Below, piece by piece: positions 1 through 13,118 of a stretch of DNA of 64,000 bases. The stretch comes from Ramazzottius varieornatus. Its lineage: Eukaryota > Animalia > Tardigrada. The translations under genes and the position numbers were made by a program. The stretch lies in assembly GCA_001949185.1 (NCBI GenBank), contig BDGG01000012.1, positions 860,973 through 924,972 on the forward strand. Reading direction: 5' to 3'. The notes under the pieces are model-generated. The model was given only the letters and a program-made list of their open reading frames with translations, made no database searches and was not told the DNA's origin. Position 1 is the first letter of the stretch; the number at the start of each line of letters is the position of its first letter.

Positions 1-602
1 AAACGCTTGGCAGCATGAAGGAAGACGTGTACAACGTAGTCAATCGGAGGAGCAAACTGGAAATACACTAAATTTTATATACTTCTCAGCATAGTATCTA
101 GCCGTAATCGACATTGGATATCGAAGTCAATATTCTGTCCAGATAGTTGAGAACGTAGCATAACTCTGCATTCGTCCCTCCGCGCAGCCGCAATGTGGTG
201 GGTCCATCAGCGAAAAGCGCACAAGGAAGTGCGACTTGGAGGAGCAGGCTAACGCTTCTGAAAACGCGAAACAGTGAACGCTAAGGGCTCCGGTAGTCCC
301 ATCTTCAGTCTTACACTGTAAGATAATAGTTTTTCGGAAAATTTGTCATCAGCTGACCCAGCAGTAACTGAATCTCCTGTGAATCGCCCAGAGGATATCC
401 GCCCAGGTGTCAACGAGAGCTCTTGAGACCGTATCGCACATCCTGAAAGTTTCCCAGCACACATTCTTCCGACAAGCTCAATTCCTTCCTTGTGTTGATT
501 ACTACAGATATGCAGAAAAACCTTCGTAAAGACTTGGAGGCTTCCGTGGTATTACACTGTCATATTACTGATATCTCATGTCTGCCAACCAAGGCAGGCT
601 CA

Positions 603-722
<120 letters not shown>

Positions 723-1246
723 TCAGAGCGGATGTTAGGTCCAGATTAAGAACTTCCGTCTGGAAACATACCCCTTCCAAAACAGATCCGTCGACGTCGT
801 AACCGTTGTCGCGTGCGTTCGGCATCTTGATCACGAAAGCACCTGAAGACAGAAAGAACGAGCTCTTGCCTGCCTTGTCGGTCGATGGTCTTTCTATCTT
901 AGTGAATCCGCCTCCCCTGTCTAGAAAAAAAACCGATCTTCAGACTCCCGGTTGCACTTTGAGATAAACAGATGAAAATTCAAAACCAAAACATAGGCAC
1001 AAGCGCGAATTTGCGATTCGTGAAAGCTATTCACCACTTGCTACACCCCGCCACGCCTCCCATGTTTTGCAAATTGCGCAACGAGAAACACCAGAAGGAT
1101 GGTTATGAATTTTGATATCAGTATTCTGAACGAGGGTGACTGTTCTGCCATATCTCGCCTCATTAACCGCAGTAGCGATTGTTGCATATTCTGGATACTC
1201 TGTTGACTGATAGTATGCGGTTGCGTGATTAGATTACAGGTGAACA

Positions 1247-3888
1247 ATGGGAGAGTCCAACGAAAGCCAAGCGACTCCCAGGGACTTCTCCAACGGACAC
1301 CGCATTCACAGGGTCGTCCTCACCGGTGGTAAGTGTCAGAAAGGAAAGATATAACTTTTAAACGCCCTCGAATACAGTGTTTGATTGTAGAATAAAGCTC
1401 GGAAAAGTCTGCTATCCATATTCAGTGTTTATGAAAACAGTAGCAGTATACCATTGTGGCCACGAACGTGAGGACATCCCAGATCAATCAATCAAGATGA
1501 CTGTGTGACGTCACGGCAATCAAGATGACTGTGTGACGTTTCAGGCTCAGTCAGCTGTTTCAGGCGTAACAGGTGTTCCCTTGTGATACCGGGAGTCGTT
1601 CTGTGGTCTCTTCTGTGATATCCATAGCTACCTCTGTCATTGTGTTGTGGAATAGAGTTCAGGATGAGTCGAGGCTACAGCGTGAGTGCCGTGGTGATTT
1701 AGATTTCAGAGAGTGGTTTCCAATAAAGTTTATCAAAACTTTTGATTACCGCCCCGATCTCCGCCTTCATTTTGACTGATTGATTTGTCATATCCTCACG
1801 TTCGTGGCCTCAATGGTACGTGGTTCACCATTGTTGTCGTATTTCGCGACTGTTTGTTCTTGCAGGGCCATGTGCGGGGAAGACTACGGCCCAGGCAAAC
1901 CTTTCGTCCTTTTTCGAGAATCTGGGATGGAAAGTTTACCGAGTACCGGAAGCGGCCAACCTGCTACTGAGGTACTGCGATTAGATACTTAGCATATATA
2001 GGTGATCGAGACTTGAGGGCTCATATGACATATGTATGGAAATTGGAGTTTTTATTTTAGCGGTGGGGTGCGGTTCCCGGAGCTAAGCGAAGACGACTGT
2101 AGGTTCTGTTCGAATCTCCGGAACACTGCCAACAAGACGTACGAATAACGCTGTGGATTTTAGGTTTCAACTTTCAGCAGAACTTGCTAAAGACCATGAT
2201 GCAAATTGAGCAAACCTTCATGGACCTTGCCGAGACCGCCAAGCGCAATGTTCTGATAGTCTGTGATCGTGGGACGATGGACGCCTCTGCGTGTAAGTGC
2301 ATGTTTCTCATGGTGTTGTATTGTGTTCCTAACAGGCGTTCTGGTAGATCTGCCACCGGAAGGATGGGAGAAGATTCTTCGGAACTGCGGCTTGAACGCT
2401 ATCGATATCAGGGATAATCGATACAATCAGATTATCCATCTCGTACGGTCCCTCATTCTAGTCTGGTCCATTCTGAAATTCCTGATGCATCAGCGTGCGA
2501 TCAGACTCTCACTTCATTATAGGTTACCGCAGCTAAAGGGGCGGAAACATTCTACACCTTAGCGAACTCGACCTCTCGTAGTGAGGGAATAGACCTGGCT
2601 CGAGACTTGGACGACAAAGTCATGCGGGTATGGTTGAGAGTTTATTTCAATGGTTACAGTTGTTAAAACCCTGGCTCGTATTATCAACTTTAAACAGGCA
2701 TGGATTGGTCATCCTTATCTGGAAGTGATCGATAACAGCACAAACTTCGACATGAAAATGCGGCGTCTCGTGGCTGTGAGTATCCGTGATTGAACGGTCG
2801 CTTTTCCGGAGCAACCGTCTTCCAGGTCTGAGAACTCGCGTTTCATCTTGGTATCTCTTTAGGCGGTCTGTGATCGATTGGGCTTGGATACGGGCGATCG
2901 CCTGGCTCCAAACAGCAAGAAGCGAAAGTTCCTTATCAAGTCGCTGCCTGTGTTCCCCGAGGTACGCTGATTAAGATGTTTGTTCAGCGTCGACACTTGA
3001 CATACTGTACTCTAAACTGATGACGACGCATATGGCGGTTCTCCGTAGGCTATCAAGTTTGAAGACTTCAATGTGGAACACGACTACTTGTCGACGGTCG
3101 GCGACGAAATACAAGTCCGTCTGCGCAAACGCGGCTGGAATAAGCATTGGGGATACACTCATACTGTCCGCCGTCAAGTCGTCATCGACGGAAAGGCGGA
3201 AAAGATTGAAAACCGCACTCAAATCACCGAACGGGACTATTTCGTATGTACTGTATTTCATGGTAATGCTTTTCGGCTAGCTTTATCCTTTGTTGAATTG
3301 TTTCTTCCAGATGCTGCTTGCCCAACGTGATCCCTCACATTATCGCGTGTACAAAAAGCGGCGATGTTTTCTGTGGAACAACCAGTACTTCCAGCTGGAC
3401 ATATACACGGAGAAGAATCCGTCCAAGTATGTGAAACGCACACTGCTCCAGAATTCTCTTGAACTTGGAATAGGTTTGTCGTAGACCGAAATTGCTTGCG
3501 ACTTTTCAGATACCGTGGCCTTTTGATTCTGGAAACTTTCACTACGAAATCGGACCGGCTGCAACTACCAGACTTCCTCGATGTGGAGAAGGAAATCACC
3601 AGCAACTCAGAATACTCAATGTTCAATCTGTCCCGTAAGCTGGACGCTCCTCCACATAAGCCTCAAGAAAAGTCCAAGTCGCCCATCCAGTTCGAGAAGA
3701 TTGACGTGGGATCCGGTGCCAAGCTGATCAACATCGGTACACCGATCACTAACGGTGTGGCTGGCCTTCAATCGGACTTGACTCGAGCTGTGTCGGTAGT
3801 GGAGAACGGCAATGGGCATCACTCCAAGGATGCCGCAAAGGTGCGGTCCTTATCAGAAGTCGTAGGGCCAGACGACATTCGCCGGTAG
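1247..3888 (+). CDS. Ttd14: TRPL translocation defect protein 14-like (P-loop AAA_28 NTPase + CYTH-like domain), multi-exon
   Basis: ATG 1247. Exon 1 (donor 1329) spliced to the exon at 1866 gives [13 protein letters not shown] (Walker A), then [16 protein letters not shown]. Later exons encode [42 protein letters not shown] and [19 protein letters not shown]. Stop 3886-3888. Confidence 0.88.
1489..1539. repeat. Short tandem duplication (caatcaagatgactgtgtgacgt x2) in Ttd14 intron 1
   Basis: Two identical 23-nt copies separated by 5 nt; the first contains a TGACGTCA palindrome. Confidence 0.8.
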
Positions 3889-4410
3889 TGATACTAATAT
3901 ACTTCACACAGTGAATTCTGCTATTTTTCCCCGCAGAGTGTTCGTTTGCTTTTCGTACCCATTTGTTCTGATAACAAGATCATGTTCCTATCACTTTTAG
4001 GCGTTACTTCACTTGCCTTTAGCTCTTTGCTTATAAGAAGGCAGCTTAGTTATTTGGCACCAGGCCTCCAGTGATCTGTTACCTATTCCATATTTTCCAT
4101 TGCTCCTTCCCGAGGTTGACCGCCGGTTGAAATAGCTTGATGATAAGATACGATGACTTTACGAGTGCCTACCTGCAAAGACACAGTACGACTACATGTA
4201 CCAATTTTGAATAAAATATCTTGAACAAGGTAAAGAGGAAGCGAGAGCGTTTTGGATATTCAAACCGAAAGGTCTTCGATCATAAAAGACGAAAAAGGCT
4301 GGAATGTGAACACGACTTCAGTATACACGACTCACACAAGCACATATCCCTATTACACAGCGCAGTTGAGCTAACTCCACAAAATTCCTGTGGTCCTCGG
4401 ACGTCATGGT

Positions 4411-5597
4411 TCATTTCCGTCGAACAAAACGATACTCCAGGTTCAATACAGCTACAAAAACACAATCAAGAATCGCTGTTATCATAATCTAGATTCTAGC
4501 AGACTCGCTGAGAGGACGTTACGATGAGCACAAACAATGGTAAACACTATAATTATTATAGACCACTCGTACACTGTAGGGTACAGTGTGGGTTCTTACA
4601 AATTGACTCCTTGCCTTCCTCGTCGTAGTCCGTCCACTCCTATAGGCAACAGTTTTGAACTGAATACGCAGAAGCGCAGCTTCAAAAATAGCTCCATGAA
4701 GTTCGAACGATTTAGAAGCTTTACAGTCGTTGGTGCCCCACAGTCTGATTACTTACATTGTCCTCAAAAGTCACGTCGTTGAACACGGTCTTGGATTTTG
4801 AGCTTGCTATCCGGTATCCACCCTGGAAACAGCACACCGCAGGTCGATCTTGATGTTCAAATCCTCCGAAGCTCTCGAGCGCCGCATCTTATGACACGTT
4901 ACCCCAAAGCGAAAGCCTGTTGGCTCCAAGCCTCGACAGTCGAAGGTACAAACTGTTTTGAAGGTCCCGTCGTCGCTTTCAGTATAAGGAATCCCAACCG
5001 CTTTTTCGAAACCCACTATACCTGACAATCAGGAAAAACCGTAAACAGCAATGATATCTGACGTCACAGAGTATTTGACGGTAAGCTTCAGGGCAACGTG
5101 ACCAGGGAGTAACCGCCCTTACTAGCATTATTGGCGTGCCTGCAAAACTGGCATGTTTCCACTAGATGCGCTTCTCCTCTCCCCAACTTCGTGCCCGAGG
5201 TGTCCTAAAATTACAACGGGGGAAAACTTCTATAATGTATATCGGACAAAGACCTTACGGTAGCCTCCCATAATTATCAGAATCTAATAACAGTAGCCCC
5301 GAACCGGAAGTGGAACAACTACGTACTCCTACTTACATTCAAGCTTATCACTCGGTAGGTATCTTTCTCCTCGCCACATCCAGCACACTTGAACTAAACT
5401 GCAAAACATGCTTGATCGAACGGGTAACCGACAAACGTTGCGCGTCGAACCTTCATATGCCATTCAAACGTTTCCAGCGGAGAGGGCACAAACTCTTGCA
5501 CGTTCTCCAGGTCGCCTTTGATTTGCAAGTCAAACTTCTGTAACAGTAACATATTAAAATTCTTGCAAAATTCCACGGTGCACAACAGCCATACCAT
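4411..5597 (-). CDS. CZIB: CXXC-motif zinc-binding protein (C1orf123/DUF866), multi-exon
   Basis: Spliced product M|KFDLQIKGDLENVQEF..FEWHMK|FKCAGCGE..FKTVCTFDCRGLEPTGFRF..EWTDYDEEGKESI|SVLNLEYRFVRRK* follows the CZIB pattern (LKATLEN, FECRGLEP, DWTDYDE). Confidence 0.88.
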
Positions 5598-6457
5598 TTT
5601 TCGCAAGTGCCGCTCGAAGGCAATCAGTAGTGAAGATGAAGACGTGCTGAAGTAAGTACTCGTAGCCAGAGTTGGTTAATAATCAATATCTTTATACGAA
5701 AAACCCAACTGGAAACGCTGGGCAGCTGGCCGTACTACTCATCGAGTTGTCCGTTAGATACACAAAGGGACAAGAGGTCCTGCGACCGGAGAACACTTCC
5801 GTTTCTCACGGGCTGATGGGGATTATCAGGGGAGGAATCGAGAAGTCGGGAAAGGAAAGTTGCGAGTTACGAATGAGAACACTGCATCACAATTCCACAG
5901 GTGAACTTTTACCGAGTAGTACAGTACCGACATACATTGAGACACTAAAGCCGATTTAGCATGGCCTGCCATAAAACTATTCACTCAATCAAGTTTAAAC
6001 ACAAATCAAGTGGATCCTCAGTTTACTCAAAAAATCAAGTCGTTTAATTTTCAGGGCGATTTGCTCTAATCATTGTTATTCAACACCTTCGGCAAACCAT
6101 TCGGAAGGTCGCTAATAGACCAGTAATAGTCCACCTGCGGAACACTGCACTGCATTCCAGCTCGCAGGATGACTTATGGACATTGTATATAACCTGACCT
6201 GACATAAAAGCCTTTCACATAAAATTATGGCTTTCTGTTTACGTGTCCTGGTCCCTTGAACGAGATTGATAAGAATTCCCAATTTTCCACTGTTTTCTGA
6301 CTTCCGATTGCAGTTTGCTGGACTCGTCCCATACTCTTCTATCTTAAAGGGACCACGAACTTTGTTCCTGCTCAGCGTGCATTGTTGGAGAGATCCTAAG
6401 AGGAACAGCGAGGGTATCTAAGCGGATCAAAAATCGACTCTCCAGCACCGGGATAAG

Positions 6458-7072
6458 ATGGCCGTGGTAAGACTAAAATTTTTCGGGCAAGCGGTGCTGC
6501 GGGTCTGCTGCCTGCAAGTACTCTTCAGTTCATCGATAGGGTATGTGCTACCATGCTGTTGGATTTATAGGAAATACAGAAGTCGGACTTTGTGGACGTC
6601 ACAGGCTACTCGCGATACGGTGGACCAGTCGATCCTTCCATCATCCCAGCTATGTCGTACCTGCTTCTGGGTGCGGGACTCTTCTTTATGGCATACTTCT
6701 TTGTGTAAGAGCAATTTGGCCCGTGCATAATCCTAGCGTGAAAGGAAAAACGAGAGTAACTGTTGTTGTTGTTGCAGGTACATAGTGACAACCACGAGAG
6801 GGTCGCGGGATCTCAAGAAAGAGATTACGGTAGCTTCCTTGGCAGCTGGCTTGCTGGGTGTAGGTGAGTCGCAGTACGAAATGTCTCTAAAACTCAGGTG
6901 CGAATTCCCACGGCATATTACATTCCAAAATATTCTGCCTGTGTTATGGAGAACACCGCAAGAGTCGCGACAGCTAAACTACATCTTATACTTATACGTA
7001 ACACAATTGCTTATCCTTCTGTTTGTTGTAGGAACAATTTTCACTTTGTTGTTCGTCGGAATATACGTTTGA
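6458..7072 (+). CDS. TMEM258: TMEM258/Kuduk (oligosaccharyltransferase small subunit), 4 exons
   Basis: MAV|KSDFVDVTGYSRYGGPVDPSIIPAMSYLLLGAGLFFMAYFFV|..RDLKKEITVASLAAGLLGV|GTIFTLLFVGIYV*. Two TM helices and the family C-terminus VGIYV. Confidence 0.9.
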
Positions 7073-7362
7073 AATCACCCCTAGCACTGCTGAAAGAAGT
7101 CGAACAGCAAATCCATTATACGGCTCAGATGGACTTTGCATTCCGTATAAGTTTCTTTCATTTTTTGGAGAACTTGAAAGCACCGCTGGAGCATCGTGAA
7201 AGTCCGCTAATCGTTTTATTTACGCTACTCAACGCGCACGCCGAAACTCTGAATTTTCAGGCGTAATGTTTTCATGCTATTTTAGCAGAACGCCATTACA
7301 GCTAGTGAACGAGAGTATTTCTCAAAGCTGGACAAACCTATAAGATAACAATTGTCCGCTGT

Positions 7363-9456
7363 TCATTCGTCTGCATCTTGCAAAACACTTCGGGGTAAAC
7401 ATGCTACGAGAGCCCGATGGTCCCAGAACGCTTCCTCCACGCCACTTTGCTTGCAGGTCGACCAGGCTTTCGCTAACAGGTCGAACCATGTCAGTGCTGC
7501 ACTTCTTTTCGGGCTTTGTCGTTCTATGCGTTGAGCCGCTTTGAGGTTTCCGCCACCTATGAGGAAGATCTTGTCCTCCAGAAGAACAGCTTGCTGGAAA
7601 GCCTTTGGTTCTTTCACTTCCCAGTCTTCCTTGACCCACCCATTTGCTGTCGTGTAGGAATAGACTTCCTTGTGTAACTGGTACATACCGTTTGAGATGG
7701 TCCAGCCACCGACGGTGTATATCTTTTTCTTGTGGTAAACCATCGAGTGGTCTGCAGCGGTTATGGGGAGATCAGGTAGGGCGGCCCATGCGTTGTTCTC
7801 TGCGTCGTAACACCATACTTTGCCCGAAGGATTGTCCAGGTCTTCAAGGCCTCCCGACAGCACTATCTTCGCACCTGCGAGGCAAACAGCGAAGCCCTCA
7901 CTTTGACAAGGTATGGGTCCCAGGAACTCCCACTGGTTCGTGCAGATGTTGTATCTCTCGCAGGTCGGAGTAGCGCTCACATCGCCACCGAACACGTAGA
8001 CAAAGTTGCTGAAAATATCATTAGCATTAGTACAAAACGAGATATTCTATCCGTTCTCTAAACCAAATCGAACAGTTATTCTATATTGAAAAAAATGGAA
8101 AAATGACATACAGCTTCGGGCTGATTGTGGTCTCAAGTGACGCGTTTTTCTGAAAAGTAGTAAAGACAACTGCGCCACTTGAGATGAAGACTATCCCGAA
8201 ATTTCTACCGGCTTTCCACTTGTACTAAGCGTCACTTTGTTTCTAGAAGGGGAAAGTTTCGACTGAGCTTAACTCTTACTTACCGAAACCAGACTGATTG
8301 ACAGAGTGAGCGCTCGTTCCTCATAGGGTTCGCCAGGACCCAGCGATTGGTGTGAGCGTCCAGGATAAAAACGCTGTTGGAGTGCACTTCTCGGCCACCG
8401 GCTTCCTCCAAATGAGTTCCTCCACACACTACGACCCCTCCATCAGGCAAAGCACAGGCTGCGAAATCCACAAGACGGGACTTTGTCGGTAACCGACCAC
8501 AGACGGACCACGCTCCATTGGCTCTTCCTGATTCCTCAGTTTCCGGCAGGAACCGCATATCGTTTAAGGGTCCGTCAACGGAGAACCCACCGATAAGCAA
8601 GACCCCGCGGACCATCCCACGCAGCACCGGAGGACTTGGCTGCTTACTGGCTTCTGTCATGACGTCTCTCAAGGTCCTGACACTCCGGACTGTGATCGCC
8701 CTTGTGTCTTTCAGGTGAATGCGATCCCAGTAAATCAGCTTGAGTAAAGTCCGGGCGTACTTCTGTCGACAGCGAAGGTTGAACTGAAGCCACTGCATGA
8801 TCACAGCTAAGACGTTGCTTTCTGTGGAAGTTATCATGCTTTCCCGCAGCAAGCGTTCGACGAAGACACCATCAAAACGAAGGAAGACTTTGCGGTCAAT
8901 GCCGGCCAGGAGGTGCTTCCCAACGAACTCCAGCACGGCTGTCTGCAGACTCGGAAGTGAGTAGTCGGTGCTGTATGTCCAAATGTCCACAACGTTATCA
9001 CAGTCCAGCCAGGTTTTTAAGGCCTTCTGGCAAACATCCATCAGCTCAGACACCTACAACCAGAAACACTCTGATCAGAACCACAGGATTCAAAGGAAGT
9101 ACCGAGCCGCTAGGTCGTACCTGCGTTATGGAAGCCGCTTTCAGGATGTGTCTGATGTTCTCCGCCGTCAAGTCAATGCAGCCAGAGTAGACGAACTTCA
9201 GAAGCCCTCTCAGACCCTCTTCCGTAATCTCGTGAAGGGTGATGGTGTCCTGCCCGGCTTCGCTGAAGTTTTCATTTCCAAGCATAGCTGCAAAGTACGG
9301 ACTGGCGGACGCGAGAACACATCGGTGCGCGGGAAACTGTCCTCCACCTGGGACTGCTTGTAGTGTGACATCCGTCCAGCGTCCAAAGGACCTCAACACG
9401 TCCAATTCCTGCAAAGTTCGAGCCGAATACCTCCTAGTCCACTTTGCTGTGTCCAT
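7363..9456 (-). CDS. Kelch-like protein (BTB-BACK-Kelch)
   Basis: BTB: WTDVTL..FPAHRCVLASASPYFAAM..LLKFVYSG. BACK: SE..VLAVIMQW. Kelch GG/Y/W repeats in 8280-8600 and 7363-8010. Introns near 9055-9120 and 8010-8283. Confidence 0.9.
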
Positions 9457-10009
9457 TCTTCCTGTCTGATGTGCAGGGCTATTATCAGTGGTAAACTTTC
9501 CGTGATAAGGGAAACACTGAGTTGAATCGTGAGTGAAAGCGCGACTGGAGGCTCGACGGTAGACACCAAGGTTTAAGCTTGACCATAAACAAGGACGCAA
9601 CAAGGAAGTTTACCAACTCGTCGTGATCGGTACACATCACAACGTGATGTCAGATCACACATCCATCAGCCTCGCTCCACTCCTGCATTATTCTTGACCC
9701 ACATTACCGCTTCTACCGATCCTTTACCAATGTCGTCCACGTTTACACTACTATAACTGACGCAACCGGCTTCACGATTTTAGAGCCTTGTCATCGTTGC
9801 ATTCGCAATAAGCACAACATGACAACATCGGTGTCAGTTTCAAGAAACCATGAGCTAACTAAACCACACTTAAAAGTGTCGGTGCAGATAAAAGCGTACT
9901 TGCCCCCTAAAATATTTATCCAAAATAAACCCGAGCAAGTCTGGAGGCTAAGAATCTGTACACACCATATCGGTAAGTGCAATAAGACTTGAAAGAAGTT
10001 CGTACCAGG

Positions 10010-11505
10010 TTAACTTGGAAATGACTTTACAGGGGAAGCGACGGACTTGGAAGGTGCGCCTGCGGGAATTCCTTTCCGGATTTCGACTTTGCTCTTATCC
10101 ATGTGGAAAGAAGGTGTGACAAAAGCTCCGCAGGGACAACTGATGCCTGTTAAAATAACCCATTATTACAATTGTTTGTCGTTAATACGGCTAAAATGAT
10201 CATCTGATTTAACGTACCAAACCAAGCGTACGACCCAACCTTCTTCCGACAATTTGGGCAGAACAGCTTTCCTTGCGCATCGGAGATGTTGTCTTTCATC
10301 CACATAACAGGCTCTATGAAAATTTCTTTCTGGTTGCAGACTCCGGGATCAAGACGGTCGCCTTGTTCGTCTGCCGGCTCTGTGGGCTTCGCTGAATGAG
10401 CCAGCTGGTTGGAAGAGCTAAACAGCGGACACCTAAAGTAGAGCTTCGCGTTTGAACAGCGAAATCCATCTATGTACCCGACGGCATGTTTCAGATTAGT
10501 TGGCCTGGACATTACCTGCACATTCGACAAAAGAAGACATCGTTCCCGACGGTCGATCCATTCGCGGGAACTTCGGCTAAGAGGTCGTTGATATGGACAG
10601 TGGGGTATCCTGCAAAAACAGGACATTTTGTATCTCCGAAGGAGGCAACACCAGATCCAGCGCACTGTGTATTATCCCCGTAAATAACACTAAGACTAGG
10701 TAGAACAGAACAGAGGGATACCTGTTTGCGTCGTAAGTCTTAGTCGCCACTGCCGATACGCCGGATGCTGAAAGTCTGCACGATAGCCCATTTTGCGGTA
10801 GAGCTGCAGTTGGTCCATGAAGCACGAGTTCGGCCTGTCAATGCAATAAAAACATTAACGTCGTGGACTACGGACAACGGTACGAGTTATCACTTCCTGA
10901 TGGAAGACATCGGATGATCGAAAACAGAGCTCCAGAGAAAGCAGTACCCTACATGATCCGTGATCGACTCTGTCTGATCCGCGATAAAGCTTCCTCCACG
11001 CTGATGTCGTACTCTCTCATCAAGTAAGCACAAACGATCGAAGCACTTCGTGAGACTCCAGCGGAACTGAAGAGTAATTCAGATGAACGTACGAGCGAAG
11101 CACGATCTTGGACCACGAACAGGTAACTTACCAATGGATTAGTACGTTTCTTCCCAAAGCTTTGTTCTCCTTGATGAAGGTATACGTCGCATCGAAATAC
11201 GGGATGAGTTCGGAGGTAGGACCATCTTCCAAGTCGATAAACTTGTAAGCGCTGAAGAACTGGGTAATATCCTTGGGCAACTGGCGACGGTCAATGGTCA
11301 GAACAGCTGATCCCTTCAGTGCGAGGATATCAGAACCGGAAACAGTTGGATTTCCGTCGACGACACTTACATCAAGAGTAGCTCCGGCAGCCACCGTTCG
11401 TTCTGGCAATTGCTGGCCGTCAGCTGCTAGTTGTTCCTGCAGATGGCAGATGGATTCGTAGCTGCCAAGATAAAGCTGGTCTTCGATCTTGCAAAATACG
11501 TCCAT
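10010..11505 (-). CDS. DUSP12: Dual-specificity phosphatase 12 (YVH1-like) with C-terminal zinc-binding domain
   Basis: Spliced catalytic loop VLIHC|SAGVSRSASIVCAYLM. Zn domain FFCRMCR|CPLF..IFIEPVMWM..GKLFCPNCRKKVGSYAWF..CPCGAFVTPSFHMDKSKV. Stop TAA 10010-10012. Confidence 0.92.
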
Positions 11506-11665
11506 CTTCTAATCGTACGTTACCGCGGTCAGCCGGATTCTGAAAGACTGCAAAATTTACCGTTTGTCAACTAGAAACGGAAGCTCTGCTACTTACCGTC
11601 TGAATAGTCCAGATCCCAAGGAAGAACTCAGCAAAGCATTATAATATCATACTATCGTTGTGATA

Positions 11666-13086
11666 TGGGCTGTGGGCAAGGTTCCTCAGAAGTCTGGGGT
11701 CACGGCGCAGAGGCATAGTCGAGGGAATTTAGGCAGGGGGCAGGGTAGCCCAAGGGTGAGGGTCGGGGCTTGCCATGGGAGGCCGAGAANNNNNNNNNNN
11801 NNNNNNNNNNNNNNNNNNNNNNNNNNNNNNNNNNNNNNNCAGCACACCCTTCTCAGCCACACTATCATGCTTCGTCGTCTGGCATTACCAAGCAGAAGGA
11901 CTGGAACATAAAGTCGGTCATCTGTCCAGCCTGCAACAAGCCCGTAACCGCTTTTACCTGCAGCATGAGGATGCATGTGAAGACAACCTTCCACAAGAGC
12001 AGCGTCCAGAAACGAGCCATGGTTTTGCACGAAAGACCCGAAAACATGCCAGCCAAGACCCGTATCAACAAGCTCCGTCGTCTCTGGTTCAGCAGTCTTG
12101 CTGCCGCCAGTGTACCCATCCTTGCTAGCGATAAATTCAGACATTTCCTGAGGACATTCGTAGAGGGTGGCGCTGCGATACCTCAAAGGTAGCAGCTAAT
12201 GACAGTCGGTATTCCTGAAATACAAGGGGCTGAAAAGAAACGCATCATGGAAAAGTTTCGCGGTAAGCATCGGATATTGCGATCACAATAGCCGAAACTG
12301 AACTGAGTTGTTCTTACAGGCTTGAAGTATTCCATCGAAGTAGACCATCGAATTCCATCGAAGTATATTTGACCCGTGTTATGTCACAAAAAATGAAGTA
12401 TCGTATGACAGTCCTTGTCAAGATTGATGAGAACGGAAACCACGTTATCCAGTGCTCACAGTGTTGTCAGAACATACACCATCGATGCCAAGAACCTGTA
12501 AGCCGTTAACGTTTTTACGGTTTGTGGTAGAGGAGACGAGTCACTAGTATAATTACGTGACATGGTTGCAGATAGAACTCCCCCAAATTTGAAGAATAAT
12601 TGCCCGGAGACAGTTCCGCCGGTGCAAGATCAGGTGTGAAATTCTTACTCGGACTGATAAGCGAAATTAAAGCTGATTTCAAGTTTAGTGCTTCGTAGAC
12701 CCAGAAGTCCACCAAGCGGACCAGAAAGCGGTCATCCTTGTCCCCCGAACGACTGCTGCAGCAGCCTGAGTTTCGCCACTTCGACTTCTCGCCGAAAAAG
12801 ACAGCACGTTGTATGTCATCCATGCAACAAGAACGTGATCACCCTCGGGACGAAGCAGACCGTATTCGATTCGGATCTTGAGCGTCAACGAAGGACCAAG
12901 AAACACGGAAAACGAACTTCCCAGCACACCCTTCTCAAGCCACACTATCATGCTTCGTCGTCTGGCATTACCNNNNNNNNNNNNNNNNNNNNNNNNNNNN
13001 NNNNNNNNNNNNNNNNNNNNNNAATTTCATCAGCTGTGCCTGTACGCTATGACCCCAGACTTTTGAGGAACCTTGCCCACAGCCCA
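11666..13086. mobile_element. TIR DNA element (~64-bp TIRs); interior unresolved, with two N-gaps enclosing hAT-derived sequence
   Basis: 11666-11729 (tgggctgtgggcaaggttcctcagaagtctggggtca...) is the reverse complement of 13023-13086: 36/37 identical at the tips, ~54/64 overall. Candidate 3-bp TSD ATA at 11663-11665 and 13087-13089. Confidence 0.7.
11840..12972 (+). repeat. Circularly permuted near-identical copy of hAT internal segment 13882-14946
   Basis: 11840-12345 matches 14440-14946 and 12364-12972 matches 13882-14490. The ORF track shows identical peptides (e.g. 12515-12823 vs 14033-14341). Flanked by N-gaps 11790-11839 and 12973-13022. Confidence 0.93.
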
Positions 13087-13118
13087 ATATGCTTTGCCTG
13101 GCGAACACCTGTTTCGAT

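Noticed and set aside
11666-13086. A TIR element that captured hAT transposase fragments (Pack-type element)
   Set aside because: The captured segment is bounded by N-gaps on both sides and looks like an assembly-graph loop, so its placement inside these TIRs is unverified.
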